Source: a virus
DNA length: 64,000 bases
Reading direction: 5' to 3' (one strand)
IMG/VR virus record: IMGVR_UViG_3300042484_002006
The stretch's first letter is position 1. Each line of letters starts with the position of its first letter. The notes below the pieces were generated by a model, which was not told the DNA's origin, did no database searches, and saw only the letters and a list, made by a program, of their open reading frames with translations. A program made the position numbers and the translations under genes. Below, in pieces: positions 20,472 through 30,655 of the stretch.

Positions 20472-22909
20472 CAGGAAATATTATGGCACAAGTCTCATCA
20501 AACCTAATGGCGTATGATCAAATCTTTTTAAAGATTAGAGATTTTATGATATTAGAAAAAACAAATTCTTTTAAAACAAACCAAGAAAGAATTGAAAAAT
20601 ATAATCAACTCTTGTCAGAAATATATGAAGGTATATCTGGTCCAATGACTAAATACGATCCATATATAAAGGGTGAACCACCCATCTCCTCTAAGATTAA
20701 TAAATTTTCTACAGACTTAGCAAATGATATGAATGTCATTTCCAAACACGTAGACTATCTTGTCGCTAAGACAATCAATACATTCAATCTTTTTTCTAGT
20801 GAAATAGAAAATGAAAAAAGATATGCCGAAAGAATATCTTCAAAAGCAAAAATTTTACAGATGTACACTAAAAGTCCATCAAATGATGTAGTGTACTTGG
20901 GAGATTCTTTTGACAACGCAGATCAAGTAGATCTAAATAAGGTAAAGATTAATTCTAATCCACATATATATAACGGTTCTTTTTCTTTACCAATAGCAAA
21001 AACTCGTTCATGGACGCCTAATCGAGTAAGCATTACTTCATCTGATGGATTTATGGGAAATAACCACCAAGTTATTAGATCTACCAATTCAGATGGTACA
21101 TCTTTATATAGATATATTTTTGAATCAAATCCAACTATTAGTTCAGTAGCTAGCATAATGGACTCAAATCCATTAACCTACTTTGAATATGAAGCCTTGA
21201 ACGTAGATAGAGATAATGGTCCAGTAAATAAAAGTACAGTATCGGACAATGAGTTTAGTTACGTAACTGGAACTCAAACAGAAGTGGCTCAGGGCAGAGG
21301 TTCTCTAACTAATTGGTCTAGATATGACATAACCAAGCCGTTAATGTTAACGGTTGTCATGGAGTCAAATGTTGCTACAAATGCAAATTCTATTGAGATA
21401 GTTCCTTACTTCGGTTCATCTAACTTTGTTAAAGTCAATCAAATTAAAGTATTCAAAGAAGATGGTACTTCAGAAAATATATTGAATAAGACTATCTTTA
21501 TCGGATCATCTTTTGCTCCACTAACTATCGAATCAGCACAAAACTATTTTTATAATAAAGCTACAGTTAAATTCTCTGAAAGAAAAATACTAAAAGTTGA
21601 AGTAATTTTTGAACAAGATTCAAAACAAGATGTAGATATCAAGCACGTATATTGGAAACCAAGTTATTCTCAAAATGAGCAAAGAGATAGTCCCTTCTAT
21701 GGATTGAGTAGATTTAATCCAGATGGTCTTAGCAGAGACGTTTATGAGGAAATAGAGTATAATAAAAATTTAATAATCCCCGCCCTACATAAGCCAAATG
21801 AATTTAAAAAAAATACACAGATCTCTAAATCAGTTAGAGTAAAACTTAAGAAAAAACCAGTTACATATAATGCATACATTATTACTTTTGATATTGATGG
21901 TGTAAAAAAATATTTTTATAATTGGGACACTAACTTAAATGACTCAAATAGACAAATACAATGGACAGATGAGCCCGATTTTGAATCTGCACCAAGTGCA
22001 GTAGATGCTAGGTCAGCTAAATATTTTCAATCAGAAAGCGCTGCAAACGAAGATTATCAATCTGTTGTATCATTCATTAACAATACAACCACACTGGTCA
22101 GTGCTACTGGCACCATTGGTGCCGTTACAGGAACTGGTCCATGGACAGCTACTATAACTGGAATGACAGATACTAGTCTTTTTGGAGTCGGCTCATATAT
22201 TACTGCTACAAATGGTACTGGAAAATTATTTGGAGGAACACCTGAGTCAGTAAAAGTGTCTCAAGTTATCAGCTCAACTAGCATTAAGTATATAGTCACT
22301 GGTGGGACAGCCCCAGTTCCAGGAACTGTAACGGGAATATCTAGAACTAATGTTATTGAAGTAGAAGGCGACAATGTTAATATTAATAATCCTGATGTTG
22401 AATACATTACATTTACTGGTCCAGCAAGAAATTGGGAGAAATTAGTTCCAATTACAACAGAAACAGAAATGTATAGAGCTAAAAGATTGGCTATAGGAAT
22501 AAGAGATATTAATGTTAGCTATGAGACATACGCTGATCAGACAGAAATAATCTCTACACCTTACTTATTTGATGCTCCCGTAGAAACAATAATGCTTTCT
22601 GCAGAGACCAATATTGATAATACTTTTTCTAATAAAATAAATATTAATTATTACATTTCAACTGATGGAAGTAACTGGATAAAAATTTCTCCAGTCCAAT
22701 TAGATAATACGGGTATCGCAGAGGTAATTGCATTTAATAAAAATATCTCTGAGTCATATCAAATTCCTGGTGTAGCATATTTAAATAGCCCTCAAGTTCC
22801 AAGTATTGTTAATAAAATTTATGTTAAAATAGAAATTAATAAAAATAAAAATACAAATATAACTCCATTAATTTATTCCTATGAGTTAATAGCAAAGGTT
22901 AAAAAGTAA
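20468..22909 (+). CDS. virion structural protein (813 aa), paralog array member; ATG at 20483 is an alternative start
   Basis: AIGIRDINV, NWIKISP, TPLIYSYELIAK. Confidence 0.55.
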   Translation: MTGNIMAQVSSNLMAYDQIFLKIRDFMILEKTNSFKTNQERIEKYNQLLSEIYEGISGPMTKYDPYIKGEPPISSKINKFSTDLANDMNVISKHVDYLVAKTINTFNLFSSEIENEKRYAERISSKAKILQMYTKSPSNDVVYLGDSFDNADQVDLNKVKINSNPHIYNGSFSLPIAKTRSWTPNRVSITSSDGFMGNNHQVIRSTNSDGTSLYRYIFESNPTISSVASIMDSNPLTYFEYEALNVDRDNGPVNKSTVSDNEFSYVTGTQTEVAQGRGSLTNWSRYDITKPLMLTVVMESNVATNANSIEIVPYFGSSNFVKVNQIKVFKEDGTSENILNKTIFIGSSFAPLTIESAQNYFYNKATVKFSERKILKVEVIFEQDSKQDVDIKHVYWKPSYSQNEQRDSPFYGLSRFNPDGLSRDVYEEIEYNKNLIIPALHKPNEFKKNTQISKSVRVKLKKKPVTYNAYIITFDIDGVKKYFYNWDTNLNDSNRQIQWTDEPDFESAPSAVDARSAKYFQSESAANEDYQSVVSFINNTTTLVSATGTIGAVTGTGPWTATITGMTDTSLFGVGSYITATNGTGKLFGGTPESVKVSQVISSTSIKYIVTGGTAPVPGTVTGISRTNVIEVEGDNVNINNPDVEYITFTGPARNWEKLVPITTETEMYRAKRLAIGIRDINVSYETYADQTEIISTPYLFDAPVETIMLSAETNIDNTFSNKININYYISTDGSNWIKISPVQLDNTGIAEVIAFNKNISESYQIPGVAYLNSPQVPSIVNKIYVKIEINKNKNTNITPLIYSYELIAKVKK

Positions 22910-25032
22910 TGAATATATCATCTATTCAAAAAAGAAAATTTTTAGGAAATATATATAAAATTTTATATTCTCAAGGAAAAAAGCCTTCTGAGATGGAAAT
23001 CAGAAGAGTTTTTGGAGAGTATTTTTCTGTATATAAATTTGGAAATCCAATCCCGTCGGACTATACAAAGCTAGATATAGTTGCTAAAACAGATGTCAAC
23101 CTGTTAAATGAGTTGATGGCAAATACACTTTTTAATGTTGAAGTTCTATATGATTGTGTTAACGAAAATAACCAAGAAATATTTTCTGTCATTACAGCTA
23201 TAAATAATAGATTAGATAATCTTAAAAGTAAAAGAAAAATATTAGAAAATAAAATAGATGATTTAATATTTGCAAACTCAAACTCAGATGGATATTTTTA
23301 TTCTTATTTAGAAGGTTTTTCTAACTTAGATAAAATTGATATGGATATGACATCTGCGCACGTTGATATATTAAATAATAATGTCAGCATACCTAAAATA
23401 ACCAATAGCATCTCAAACGCCCTTACTACAAGTGGAATAACATCTTCAAATGCAACGTATAGCATTATGTCAAATAATCAAGCCGTAGTTAATAATGTTG
23501 ATGTTCAAGATTTTGAATCTGTTTTTGATGGATTAAATGATACATATTGGTCCTATACTCACAACTCGCCACAACCATCAGTGGTTGTCATGACATTAAA
23601 TATACCAATTAATACTTCATATAATTTATCTAAAATTAGCGGATCATTACTGACATCGTCGCCGTGCGCTATTTACGTGACAGCAAAGCCAACAGACGCT
23701 AACAAGCCAGAACAAGTCAGATCACAAACCTCAAAGAGAGATTACAATAGATTCTCTTTTGCTATCCCAGCGGATTTTTACAATAATATAACAATAATCA
23801 TTTACAAATCTGAACCAGATCAAATAGAAAACAATTCAATAAATCCCTATACGTATAAATTTGGAATTAGAGAGTTAGTAATAAATGCAGATTACTATGA
23901 TCAAGGTGGAGTAATAGTTTCAGCCCCAATTTCAGTTCCAGTCTCAGATAATAATAGATTAACAATAAGTTCAGTTTCAATTGAAACAAAAGATCAAATA
24001 TTGTCTGGTACAGATATAAAGTATTATGTTGCAGCCGACAACAATAACGCCAAACAAATTGCCGAGTTCAATTGGATACCCATTGAACCAACCTCGTCAA
24101 ACAATGACACTGCGCAAAAAATTGTCAACCTTAGTGGTTCGAATATACAGTCAAAATATCTAGACCCGAGGGGTGAAGATTCTAGCTTCATTCCAATTAA
24201 TACAAATCCAGAAAATATTAACGAGGCTAATCCAGCAATAATACCATATACCGACAAAGAAGTATATCGCGTTTCCGTGGTAAACAATAATGATCAATTC
24301 ATAGATCCATATATTTTAGCTAACTTAAATTCTTATAAACACTACCATATATATGCCGAAAATGATATAGAGTATTATAAATCTTTAAATATTTGGACTG
24401 AAAAAATAGCTATTAATGATGTACTTGAAATAAATGTAGATACTATAGAAGATCAGATTAACAATATAGCACCAGGATTATATACTGCTACAGTTGGTTT
24501 AATGGAAACAAAATTATTGACGACTAAAGAATATAAAGTATCCCATAAAGTTACAAAGAGTCAAGATAATTTTAATCTAGCAGTATACCTTAATGGTAGC
24601 ATCATAGCAGACCTACCCGCGGGTGTTATTTCTTCAACTATTGAATGGAACTTTGTTACTGGCATTAATAATATAGTCATAACTTATGACAAGAATTTTT
24701 CTGGACTTATTAATTTTGATTTAATGTCTAACAAAAATTTAACTGACTATGGAACTATGTTCTTAGATTATTTCTCATACTTAGATCCCATGGAATTTAA
24801 GAGAAGAGCAGACATAAGTGCCCATCTCTTTACGATAGATAATTTTTATGGAAGAAAAGAAATTTTGTCTTCAAGACAAATTTCTGGAAAGTCTCTTTTT
24901 AATTATTACTCGAATATGTTAGATACGGTTACTGCTATAAGATATAGAGCAGATTTGATAAGGTATGAGAATCCACTCCAAACTCCTTTAATAGATTCTA
25001 TTAGAGTTAAATTTAAACATAATGATAGTTGA
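22909..25032 (+). CDS. virion structural protein (707 aa), paralog array member
   Basis: YKFGIRELVI, NWIPIEP, TPLIDSIRVKFK. Confidence 0.55.
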   Translation: MNISSIQKRKFLGNIYKILYSQGKKPSEMEIRRVFGEYFSVYKFGNPIPSDYTKLDIVAKTDVNLLNELMANTLFNVEVLYDCVNENNQEIFSVITAINNRLDNLKSKRKILENKIDDLIFANSNSDGYFYSYLEGFSNLDKIDMDMTSAHVDILNNNVSIPKITNSISNALTTSGITSSNATYSIMSNNQAVVNNVDVQDFESVFDGLNDTYWSYTHNSPQPSVVVMTLNIPINTSYNLSKISGSLLTSSPCAIYVTAKPTDANKPEQVRSQTSKRDYNRFSFAIPADFYNNITIIIYKSEPDQIENNSINPYTYKFGIRELVINADYYDQGGVIVSAPISVPVSDNNRLTISSVSIETKDQILSGTDIKYYVAADNNNAKQIAEFNWIPIEPTSSNNDTAQKIVNLSGSNIQSKYLDPRGEDSSFIPINTNPENINEANPAIIPYTDKEVYRVSVVNNNDQFIDPYILANLNSYKHYHIYAENDIEYYKSLNIWTEKIAINDVLEINVDTIEDQINNIAPGLYTATVGLMETKLLTTKEYKVSHKVTKSQDNFNLAVYLNGSIIADLPAGVISSTIEWNFVTGINNIVITYDKNFSGLINFDLMSNKNLTDYGTMFLDYFSYLDPMEFKRRADISAHLFTIDNFYGRKEILSSRQISGKSLFNYYSNMLDTVTAIRYRADLIRYENPLQTPLIDSIRVKFKHNDS

Positions 25033-25439
25033 TAAGAGGAAAAATGGCTACAACTTATAATAATCCAAAAATTACCCAAAGAATTAGGGAACCACTATTT
25101 CAAGTAAATAGGGTAAGATTTAGGGGAAGTAGAGAAAGTCAATGTGAAAATTTGGAAACTAATTTTCTACAATTAGATTTAACTAGAATATTAAATGAGC
25201 TAGAATCTATAGATATAGATATTTTAAATAAATTAAGTTACCTTATTGGAGAAACCGCAGATGTTACTAATGCAGTAAATCTAAATGATGGATTAACTTA
25301 CTCTATAGATGACGTAAATATTTTTATAGACAAAGATGGTTCAGTGGAAGAAGCTTTAGAAATAGATGTAATGAATAAGATTAGTTCTAAACTTTCTCGT
25401 TTACTAAATAAAATACAAAGATTAGAGAATGGCAATTAA
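25029..25439 (+). CDS. small coiled-coil structural protein; likely start ATG 25044
   Basis: RFRGSRES..NLETNFLQLDL resembles the N-terminus of the next protein. Confidence 0.5.
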   Translation: MIRGKMATTYNNPKITQRIREPLFQVNRVRFRGSRESQCENLETNFLQLDLTRILNELESIDIDILNKLSYLIGETADVTNAVNLNDGLTYSIDDVNIFIDKDGSVEEALEIDVMNKISSKLSRLLNKIQRLENGN

Positions 25440-26694
25440 TATGGCTGACATACTTAACACTAAAAAAAGAGATTATCAATATAACGGTCCTGTCGAAAGC
25501 TCCGATTACAATGAAAGAGTAGAAGAAAATTATAAAGATTTAGTTTATCTCTATAATAAATCTAACATCATTGATAATAAATTGACCCAGGCTTTCGAAA
25601 GAGTTATCAAAGATCATAAATTCTTATCCTCAGCTGTAGAAGATCTCAGCAATAGAGTAAGCGCCTTAGAGGCTACCTCTAACACTATTTCACTACACTC
25701 TTTTAGCCAAATAGATTATTCGACTTTAGTCGGTTCTTCATTTGCTGTATCTGGAACAGAACTTCTTAGTTTTGATCCCATTTACAATATTATTTCTTTA
25801 CCAAAAGTTTCTAGTGGTTCATTTTCTAAATTAAAATTTACTAGTCCCACCGCTGGTCAGGTAGTGCCAGACTTTTTTAAAGCAAAAATAGATACAAATT
25901 TTGCAGGGGTAGATGGAAATGGCGCAGTTATCGACACGACCCCAATATACAATGCCATCCTGGATTCCCCGGATAAAGTTTGGAAAAGAAATGTAATAGT
26001 TGAGTCAACATCTATGGCTGGAGCACAAATGATGCTCTATGTAAAAATACCTGCAGAAGCAGCAGGGTCGTTAAAAACTAATGTAATTAAGATAAATCCT
26101 TATCCAGCTTTTGGTGTAGACCTAGTGAGCATCGAATATAGTTCTAAACAAAATCCAGCACTATCTGACTCTGATGGCTGGACACCATTAAATAAAAAAG
26201 CATACTATGATGGAACATCAGAGGCAATTGGAAAAGTTCCACCTGGAGGTTGGTCTACAACAGGCGCTGACACCATAAGAAACTGTCCGCCTGTAGCATT
26301 CACAATTCCCGATACTGATATGACTGCAATAAGAATCAAGTTTATTCAAAGAAATTATTTTACTGAACTTGGAAAAGCTATCTATACATATGGATTATCA
26401 GATCTGGATATCAGATATGAAAAGTTCTTATCAACCGGTAGAACAATCATTAAGTTCACTGCGCCAGACGGTGACGTTATTGAAAATGTGACTAACGTCA
26501 CTCCTAAAATATACAATGTTCCCTCAAGCCTAATCAGTAGCGCGTTTAGTTATAGAATCATTTATAACGATTCTGGCACTTATACTTTAAGCAATCCAGG
26601 CGCCTCTAACTCGGTATGGATAGAAGTTACTTTGAATATGCTAGATGACAAGACTGCCCCTGTGTTGACAGATTTAATTATTAATTATGAGTAA
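25429..26694 (+). CDS. virion structural protein (421 aa), paralog array member
   Basis: YNGPVESSDYN..DLVYL, YTYGLSDLDI, TAPVLTDLIINYE. Confidence 0.55.
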   Translation: MAINMADILNTKKRDYQYNGPVESSDYNERVEENYKDLVYLYNKSNIIDNKLTQAFERVIKDHKFLSSAVEDLSNRVSALEATSNTISLHSFSQIDYSTLVGSSFAVSGTELLSFDPIYNIISLPKVSSGSFSKLKFTSPTAGQVVPDFFKAKIDTNFAGVDGNGAVIDTTPIYNAILDSPDKVWKRNVIVESTSMAGAQMMLYVKIPAEAAGSLKTNVIKINPYPAFGVDLVSIEYSSKQNPALSDSDGWTPLNKKAYYDGTSEAIGKVPPGGWSTTGADTIRNCPPVAFTIPDTDMTAIRIKFIQRNYFTELGKAIYTYGLSDLDIRYEKFLSTGRTIIKFTAPDGDVIENVTNVTPKIYNVPSSLISSAFSYRIIYNDSGTYTLSNPGASNSVWIEVTLNMLDDKTAPVLTDLIINYE

Positions 26695-26716
26695 TGTTTA
26701 AAAAAGCAAATTTTTC

Positions 26717-26725
26717 TGTACTATA
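26717..26725 (+). promoter_or_regulatory. TACTATA motif, putative phage late promoter
   Basis: tgTACTATA in the intergenic gap; TACTAT starts 38 nt before ATG 26757. Confidence 0.55.
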
Positions 26726-26756
26726 AAGTCACGTAGTTTTCATAAGGAGAAAATAA

Positions 26757-27389
26757 ATGGCCACTTTTTACGTAGGACCTAGACCAGTTTTAAAGGGTAG
26801 AACCACTGCTGGAATGGTCAATCCATATACATCAATGACAGGAAAGGCTAAGGGCACTGGCACTTATTCTTTCTATCCGCTATATAGCACAAGCCATGTT
26901 TTAGATGGCGCTCCTGACAATCACAATATTCCTGGTACTGGTCAGCGTCCTGGCAATAGATTCTTGTCACAAGTATTCAATGGTACCACTTTGTATATCC
27001 ATCCACTATCTGGAACGTTTCCTGATGGTTCTGCTACATATGATGGAGCTAGATTTAAGCCTAAGGAATATAAAGGTTTAGCTGGCGCATCTGCATTCCC
27101 TTCAGGTTTCGGACACGCATCGAGAACAGATACTTCGTATTCACTATACAGTAACTATATTTTTGACGGTGTTACATCCGCTAATGTTTTTGCCAACACT
27201 GGACACGCTCAGCGCACGGAAGCACAGGGAGCCCCCTCATCTTTCGGGTTCTTCCAACCAAATGAATTCAAGGGTGTTCCTAGTACCGTGGTGTTTACTA
27301 GTGGTTACGGTCAAGCAAATACTACTGGAGATTATGGTCGTGAAAAGGTTAAGGAATTCAACGGAGTCGCTTCTGCGAAAGCCCTCTAA
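26757..27389 (+). CDS. Gly/Ser/Thr-rich protein with internal repeats, probably a virion component
   Basis: Strong RBS (AAGGAGA). Repeated [YF][KDN]G[LV]xxxxxF..G[HQ]A..T units. Confidence 0.55.
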   Translation: MATFYVGPRPVLKGRTTAGMVNPYTSMTGKAKGTGTYSFYPLYSTSHVLDGAPDNHNIPGTGQRPGNRFLSQVFNGTTLYIHPLSGTFPDGSATYDGARFKPKEYKGLAGASAFPSGFGHASRTDTSYSLYSNYIFDGVTSANVFANTGHAQRTEAQGAPSSFGFFQPNEFKGVPSTVVFTSGYGQANTTGDYGREKVKEFNGVASAKAL

Positions 27390-27390
27390 A

Positions 27391-27657
27391 GTGTTTGGCA
27401 CCCCGATCATCTTAGAGAAAGATGATAAAAAAAGTGGGGTTATAGCTTGGGGCGGTTTAGCCTTTGGTATTATAGCGTATGATATATATGCTATAAAGTC
27501 CAAAAAGATCGAAACGTTAACTAGAGCTTTTTGGAGACATACAGAGAATAAAATAACAGGAAGTATATTCACAGGAGTGTGGTTAGGTTTAACTTTTCAT
27601 CTTCTTATAGAGAAGCTAATTAGAAAGAATTTTTCCGAAGGTAGGTACTATGAATAA
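27391..27657 (+). CDS. small two-TM membrane protein
   Basis: AWGGLAFGIIAYDIYAI and IFTGVWLGLTFHLLI. Start reassigned to GTG 27391 to avoid a 227-nt overlap. Confidence 0.55.
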   Translation: MFGTPIILEKDDKKSGVIAWGGLAFGIIAYDIYAIKSKKIETLTRAFWRHTENKITGSIFTGVWLGLTFHLLIEKLIRKNFSEGRYYE

Positions 27658-27847
27658 ATTACAAAAAGATATTTTAGAAAGAGCTATTTGGACAGCAGCG
27701 CAAGCTTTTATCGCTGTATACACGGTAGGTGGCGTTGATGAAATTAAGGCAGCAGCTACAGCCGCAGTTGCAGCTGCAATAAGTGTCGTTAAAGGTCTCG
27801 TTGCAACAAAAGTTGGCGATCCCGAAAGTGCAGCAACAATCAAATAA
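27650..27847 (+). CDS. holin, r1t-like family
   Basis: KDILERAIWTAAQAFIAV..AAAVAAAISVVKGLVA, the pattern seen in actinophage r1t-type holins. Confidence 0.75.
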   Translation: MNKLQKDILERAIWTAAQAFIAVYTVGGVDEIKAAATAAVAAAISVVKGLVATKVGDPESAATIK

Positions 27848-27879
27848 TCCGTAATCTCATACAAGTCTCCAGTAACACA

Positions 27880-27888
27880 TGCTATAAT
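27880..27888 (+). promoter_or_regulatory. extended -10 promoter TGcTATAAT
   Basis: TATAAT at 27883-27888, with an ATG 7 nt later. Confidence 0.6.
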
Positions 27889-27895
27889 GATGTGT

Positions 27896-28006
27896 ATGCA
27901 GGAAGTAAATACTATAAGCAGCCCCGCCTTAATGGCGGGGTTGTCTTATTCATGCCAGCCTTTTATACCTTTTAGTGTGTTTATCCAATTTTATGAAGGA
28001 TTCTAA
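27896..28006 (+). CDS. candidate 36-aa leaderless upstream ORF (MQEVNTISSPALMAGLSYSCQPFIPFSVFIQFYEGF)
   Basis: Translated by hand. It is open through the hairpin and its TAA abuts ATG 28007. Confidence 0.3.
   Translation: MQEVNTISSPALMAGLSYSCQPFIPFSVFIQFYEGF
27919..27950 (+). terminator. intrinsic terminator-like hairpin
   Basis: CAGCCCCGCC-TTAAT-GGCGGGGTTG followed by a weak T-rich tail, at the end of the structural operon. Confidence 0.6.
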
Positions 28007-28717
28007 ATGTCAATGAAAGAAATAGAAGAAGCCATTAGTAGCAATAGCCTTCCACTTTCTGTTGCAGAAAAGTACTTGAAACTGTACATAGCAGATATAA
28101 ATTGGTCAGAACACATAGCTGCTCTGTGGAAAAACTCAATGAACAAATTTAGTAACGAAACTGAAGCAAAAGACCACATTAAACGAGCAGTAGCTTGCGC
28201 TACTATACTTCCTCTAGTGGAAAATACGCCCATACCAGACCCGCCTAGTAATCTATTATTTTGGTGTACTGCGTGGAAACAGTTCTACAGAGATGATTGG
28301 TTTAAGATATTTATAGATGTTCTAAAAGAAGATCTCGAAATATCTAAGAATAGAAATAAAATAATAACCCTTGGTATTGTAGAGCCAATTGATATAGCAC
28401 CAATGACTAGGCAGGCTTATAACTGGCTATATGAGTCAGCAGTAAGTCACGACTGCATAAACGATAGTAATCGTGAGGATATTGAAAATAAATTTAAGAA
28501 TATTGTCAAAGCCTATGGTGGAGCAGTAATATGTAATATGTTTGTAAATCATAAAGTATTTGTAAATAAAGTATTCAATTGGCGAAGTGGATACTTTTTT
28601 GAAAAGCAAATACACAAAGTGTATACATTAGATCAAATATGCAAGATAAAATCAACAGAGATAGCTAAAATAAACCCTAAATACATAAGAAAAATAGAAA
28701 ATAAAATAGGAGCATAA
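28007..28717 (+). CDS. hypothetical protein (236 aa)
   Basis: Full ORF with RBS (AAGGA); no motif recognised. Confidence 0.6.
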   Translation: MSMKEIEEAISSNSLPLSVAEKYLKLYIADINWSEHIAALWKNSMNKFSNETEAKDHIKRAVACATILPLVENTPIPDPPSNLLFWCTAWKQFYRDDWFKIFIDVLKEDLEISKNRNKIITLGIVEPIDIAPMTRQAYNWLYESAVSHDCINDSNREDIENKFKNIVKAYGGAVICNMFVNHKVFVNKVFNWRSGYFFEKQIHKVYTLDQICKIKSTEIAKINPKYIRKIENKIGA

Positions 28718-28720
28718 CAA

Positions 28721-30655
28721 ATGGAAAATATTATTCTTTCAAAAGAATTCGTTAATTCATACGCAGATAAAAAAGCACCTTGGGGCTTTAATGGTTTAGG
28801 GGAAATAGTCTATCGCAGAACTTATTCAAGAGATATTGAATCCCTTGGTCGCAAAGAATACTGGCATGAAACAATCGAACGCTGTATTAACGGTGCACAA
28901 GCAATTGGGGCGAATTACACGAAAGAAGAAGCCGAAAGATTATTTGATTACATCTTTAACCTTAAGGGTATTTTTGCTGGGCGCTGCTTGTGGCAATTAG
29001 GGACACCCTTGGTGGAAAAAATGAGTGGTGTTTCTTTAGTGAACTGTTGGATGACAACAATCTCAAAGGTTGAAGATTTTCAATTCCTAATGGATCATTT
29101 AATGGTTGGCGGTGGAGTCGGTTTTACAGTCGAAAGAGCTAGCGTCCACGATTTCCCTAAAGTACAAAATGTGGGATATGTTCGCCATGAAAAAACTAAC
29201 GATGCTGACTTTATTGTAGGTGATTCACGCAATGGTTGGTCAGCTCTGCTTGGTAAAGTTCTTAAGAGTTACTTTGAAACTGGAGAATCTTTTACTTATA
29301 GCACTATTCTAGTTCGTGGATATGGCGCAACTCTCAAGACATTTGGGGGAACAGCATCAGGCCCTGAAGTTCTGATTGAGGGAATTCTAAATATATGCGA
29401 CATTCTTAATGCTAGAGTTGGAAAGAAAATTCGTTCCATCGATGCCCTAGATATCGCTAACATAATAGGCAAAATAGTAGTAGCTGGCTCTGCTCGCCGT
29501 TCTGCTCAAATCGCCATTGGAGATCCTGATGACTTCCTCTTCTTAAAGGCTAAGAATTGGGGCAAGGGAGATATCCCAGCTTGGCGTGCAAACTCTAATA
29601 ACTCAATCTACGCAGATTCATATGACGAAATAATTGATGAATTCTGGAAGGGTTATGATGGATCTGGTGAGCCGTATGGTTTGATCAACCGTAATTTAAT
29701 TCGCAAGAATGGTAGACTTGGCGAAAAGGTCAATGACAATAAAGTTATTGGAACTAATCCATGTGGAGAAATTGGCCTAGAAGACGGCGAGCCTTGTAAC
29801 TTAGCTGAGATTTTCTTACCTAATATTTCTTCTAAAGAAGAACTATTTGATGTTAGTGCACTTCTCTATAAGACGCAAAAAGCTATTACAACATTGGCTT
29901 ACCCATACAAAAAGAGCCGAGATGTAATTGAGCGAAATAGAAGATTAGGTCAAGGCATTACTGGCTGGCTCCAAGCCACGGAAGAACAATTGTCTTGGGT
30001 TGACGACGCTTATAAAAATCTTAAAGCTGTTGACGAAAAGTGGTCAAATGAAATTAAAATTAATAAATCAATTAAATTAACAACGGTTAAGCCTAGTGGA
30101 ACATTAAGTCTTCTAGCTGGAGTTACTCCCGGCATTCATCCTGCGTACGCGCAATATTATATTCGCCGTGTACGCATGGGAAGCAATGATCCATTGGTTA
30201 ATTATTGTAGAGAAAAAGGTCATAAAGTTCAATACGATATTGGGCTAGATGGCAAGGAAAATCATACAATTTGTGTAGTGGAGTTCCCATGTGAAACGCC
30301 CGAACACGCTACCCTGGCAAAGGAACTGACTGCTATAGAGCAACTAGAATGGGTAGTTCGTGCCCAAACAAGTTGGGCAGACAATAATGTAAGTGTTACG
30401 GTATATTATCGTAAAGAAGAGCTTCCCGAAATTCAAGAGTGGATGAAAAAGAACTATAAAAATAAGGTAAAGTCAGTTTCATTCCTTCTTCATAGTGATC
30501 ATGGTTTTATTATGGCTCCATATGAAGAAATTACATTGGATACATATAATAAGCTAAAGTCAAAAATTAAAGATGGAATCAATTTTGCCGACTCAAGCAA
30601 TATAGATTTATTAGATAGCCTTGAGTGTGAAGGCGGAGCTTGTCCGATTAAGTGA
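28721..30655 (+). CDS. nrdJ: class II (adenosylcobalamin-dependent) ribonucleotide reductase, monomeric type
   Basis: VYRRTYSR, NCW, GTNPCGEI, CNLAE, TTVKPSGTLSLL and C-terminal CEGGACPIK; no NrdB partner. Confidence 0.92.
   Translation: MENIILSKEFVNSYADKKAPWGFNGLGEIVYRRTYSRDIESLGRKEYWHETIERCINGAQAIGANYTKEEAERLFDYIFNLKGIFAGRCLWQLGTPLVEKMSGVSLVNCWMTTISKVEDFQFLMDHLMVGGGVGFTVERASVHDFPKVQNVGYVRHEKTNDADFIVGDSRNGWSALLGKVLKSYFETGESFTYSTILVRGYGATLKTFGGTASGPEVLIEGILNICDILNARVGKKIRSIDALDIANIIGKIVVAGSARRSAQIAIGDPDDFLFLKAKNWGKGDIPAWRANSNNSIYADSYDEIIDEFWKGYDGSGEPYGLINRNLIRKNGRLGEKVNDNKVIGTNPCGEIGLEDGEPCNLAEIFLPNISSKEELFDVSALLYKTQKAITTLAYPYKKSRDVIERNRRLGQGITGWLQATEEQLSWVDDAYKNLKAVDEKWSNEIKINKSIKLTTVKPSGTLSLLAGVTPGIHPAYAQYYIRRVRMGSNDPLVNYCREKGHKVQYDIGLDGKENHTICVVEFPCETPEHATLAKELTAIEQLEWVVRAQTSWADNNVSVTVYYRKEELPEIQEWMKKNYKNKVKSVSFLLHSDHGFIMAPYEEITLDTYNKLKSKIKDGINFADSSNIDLLDSLECEGGACPIK

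Noticed and set aside
27163-27390. ORF-track start for the membrane protein
   Set aside because: It overlaps the 210-aa gene by 227 nt; the plausible product starts at about 27391.
27848-28720. Cobalamin riboswitch upstream of nrdJ
   Set aside because: No recognisable B12-box or conserved core; only one simple hairpin.
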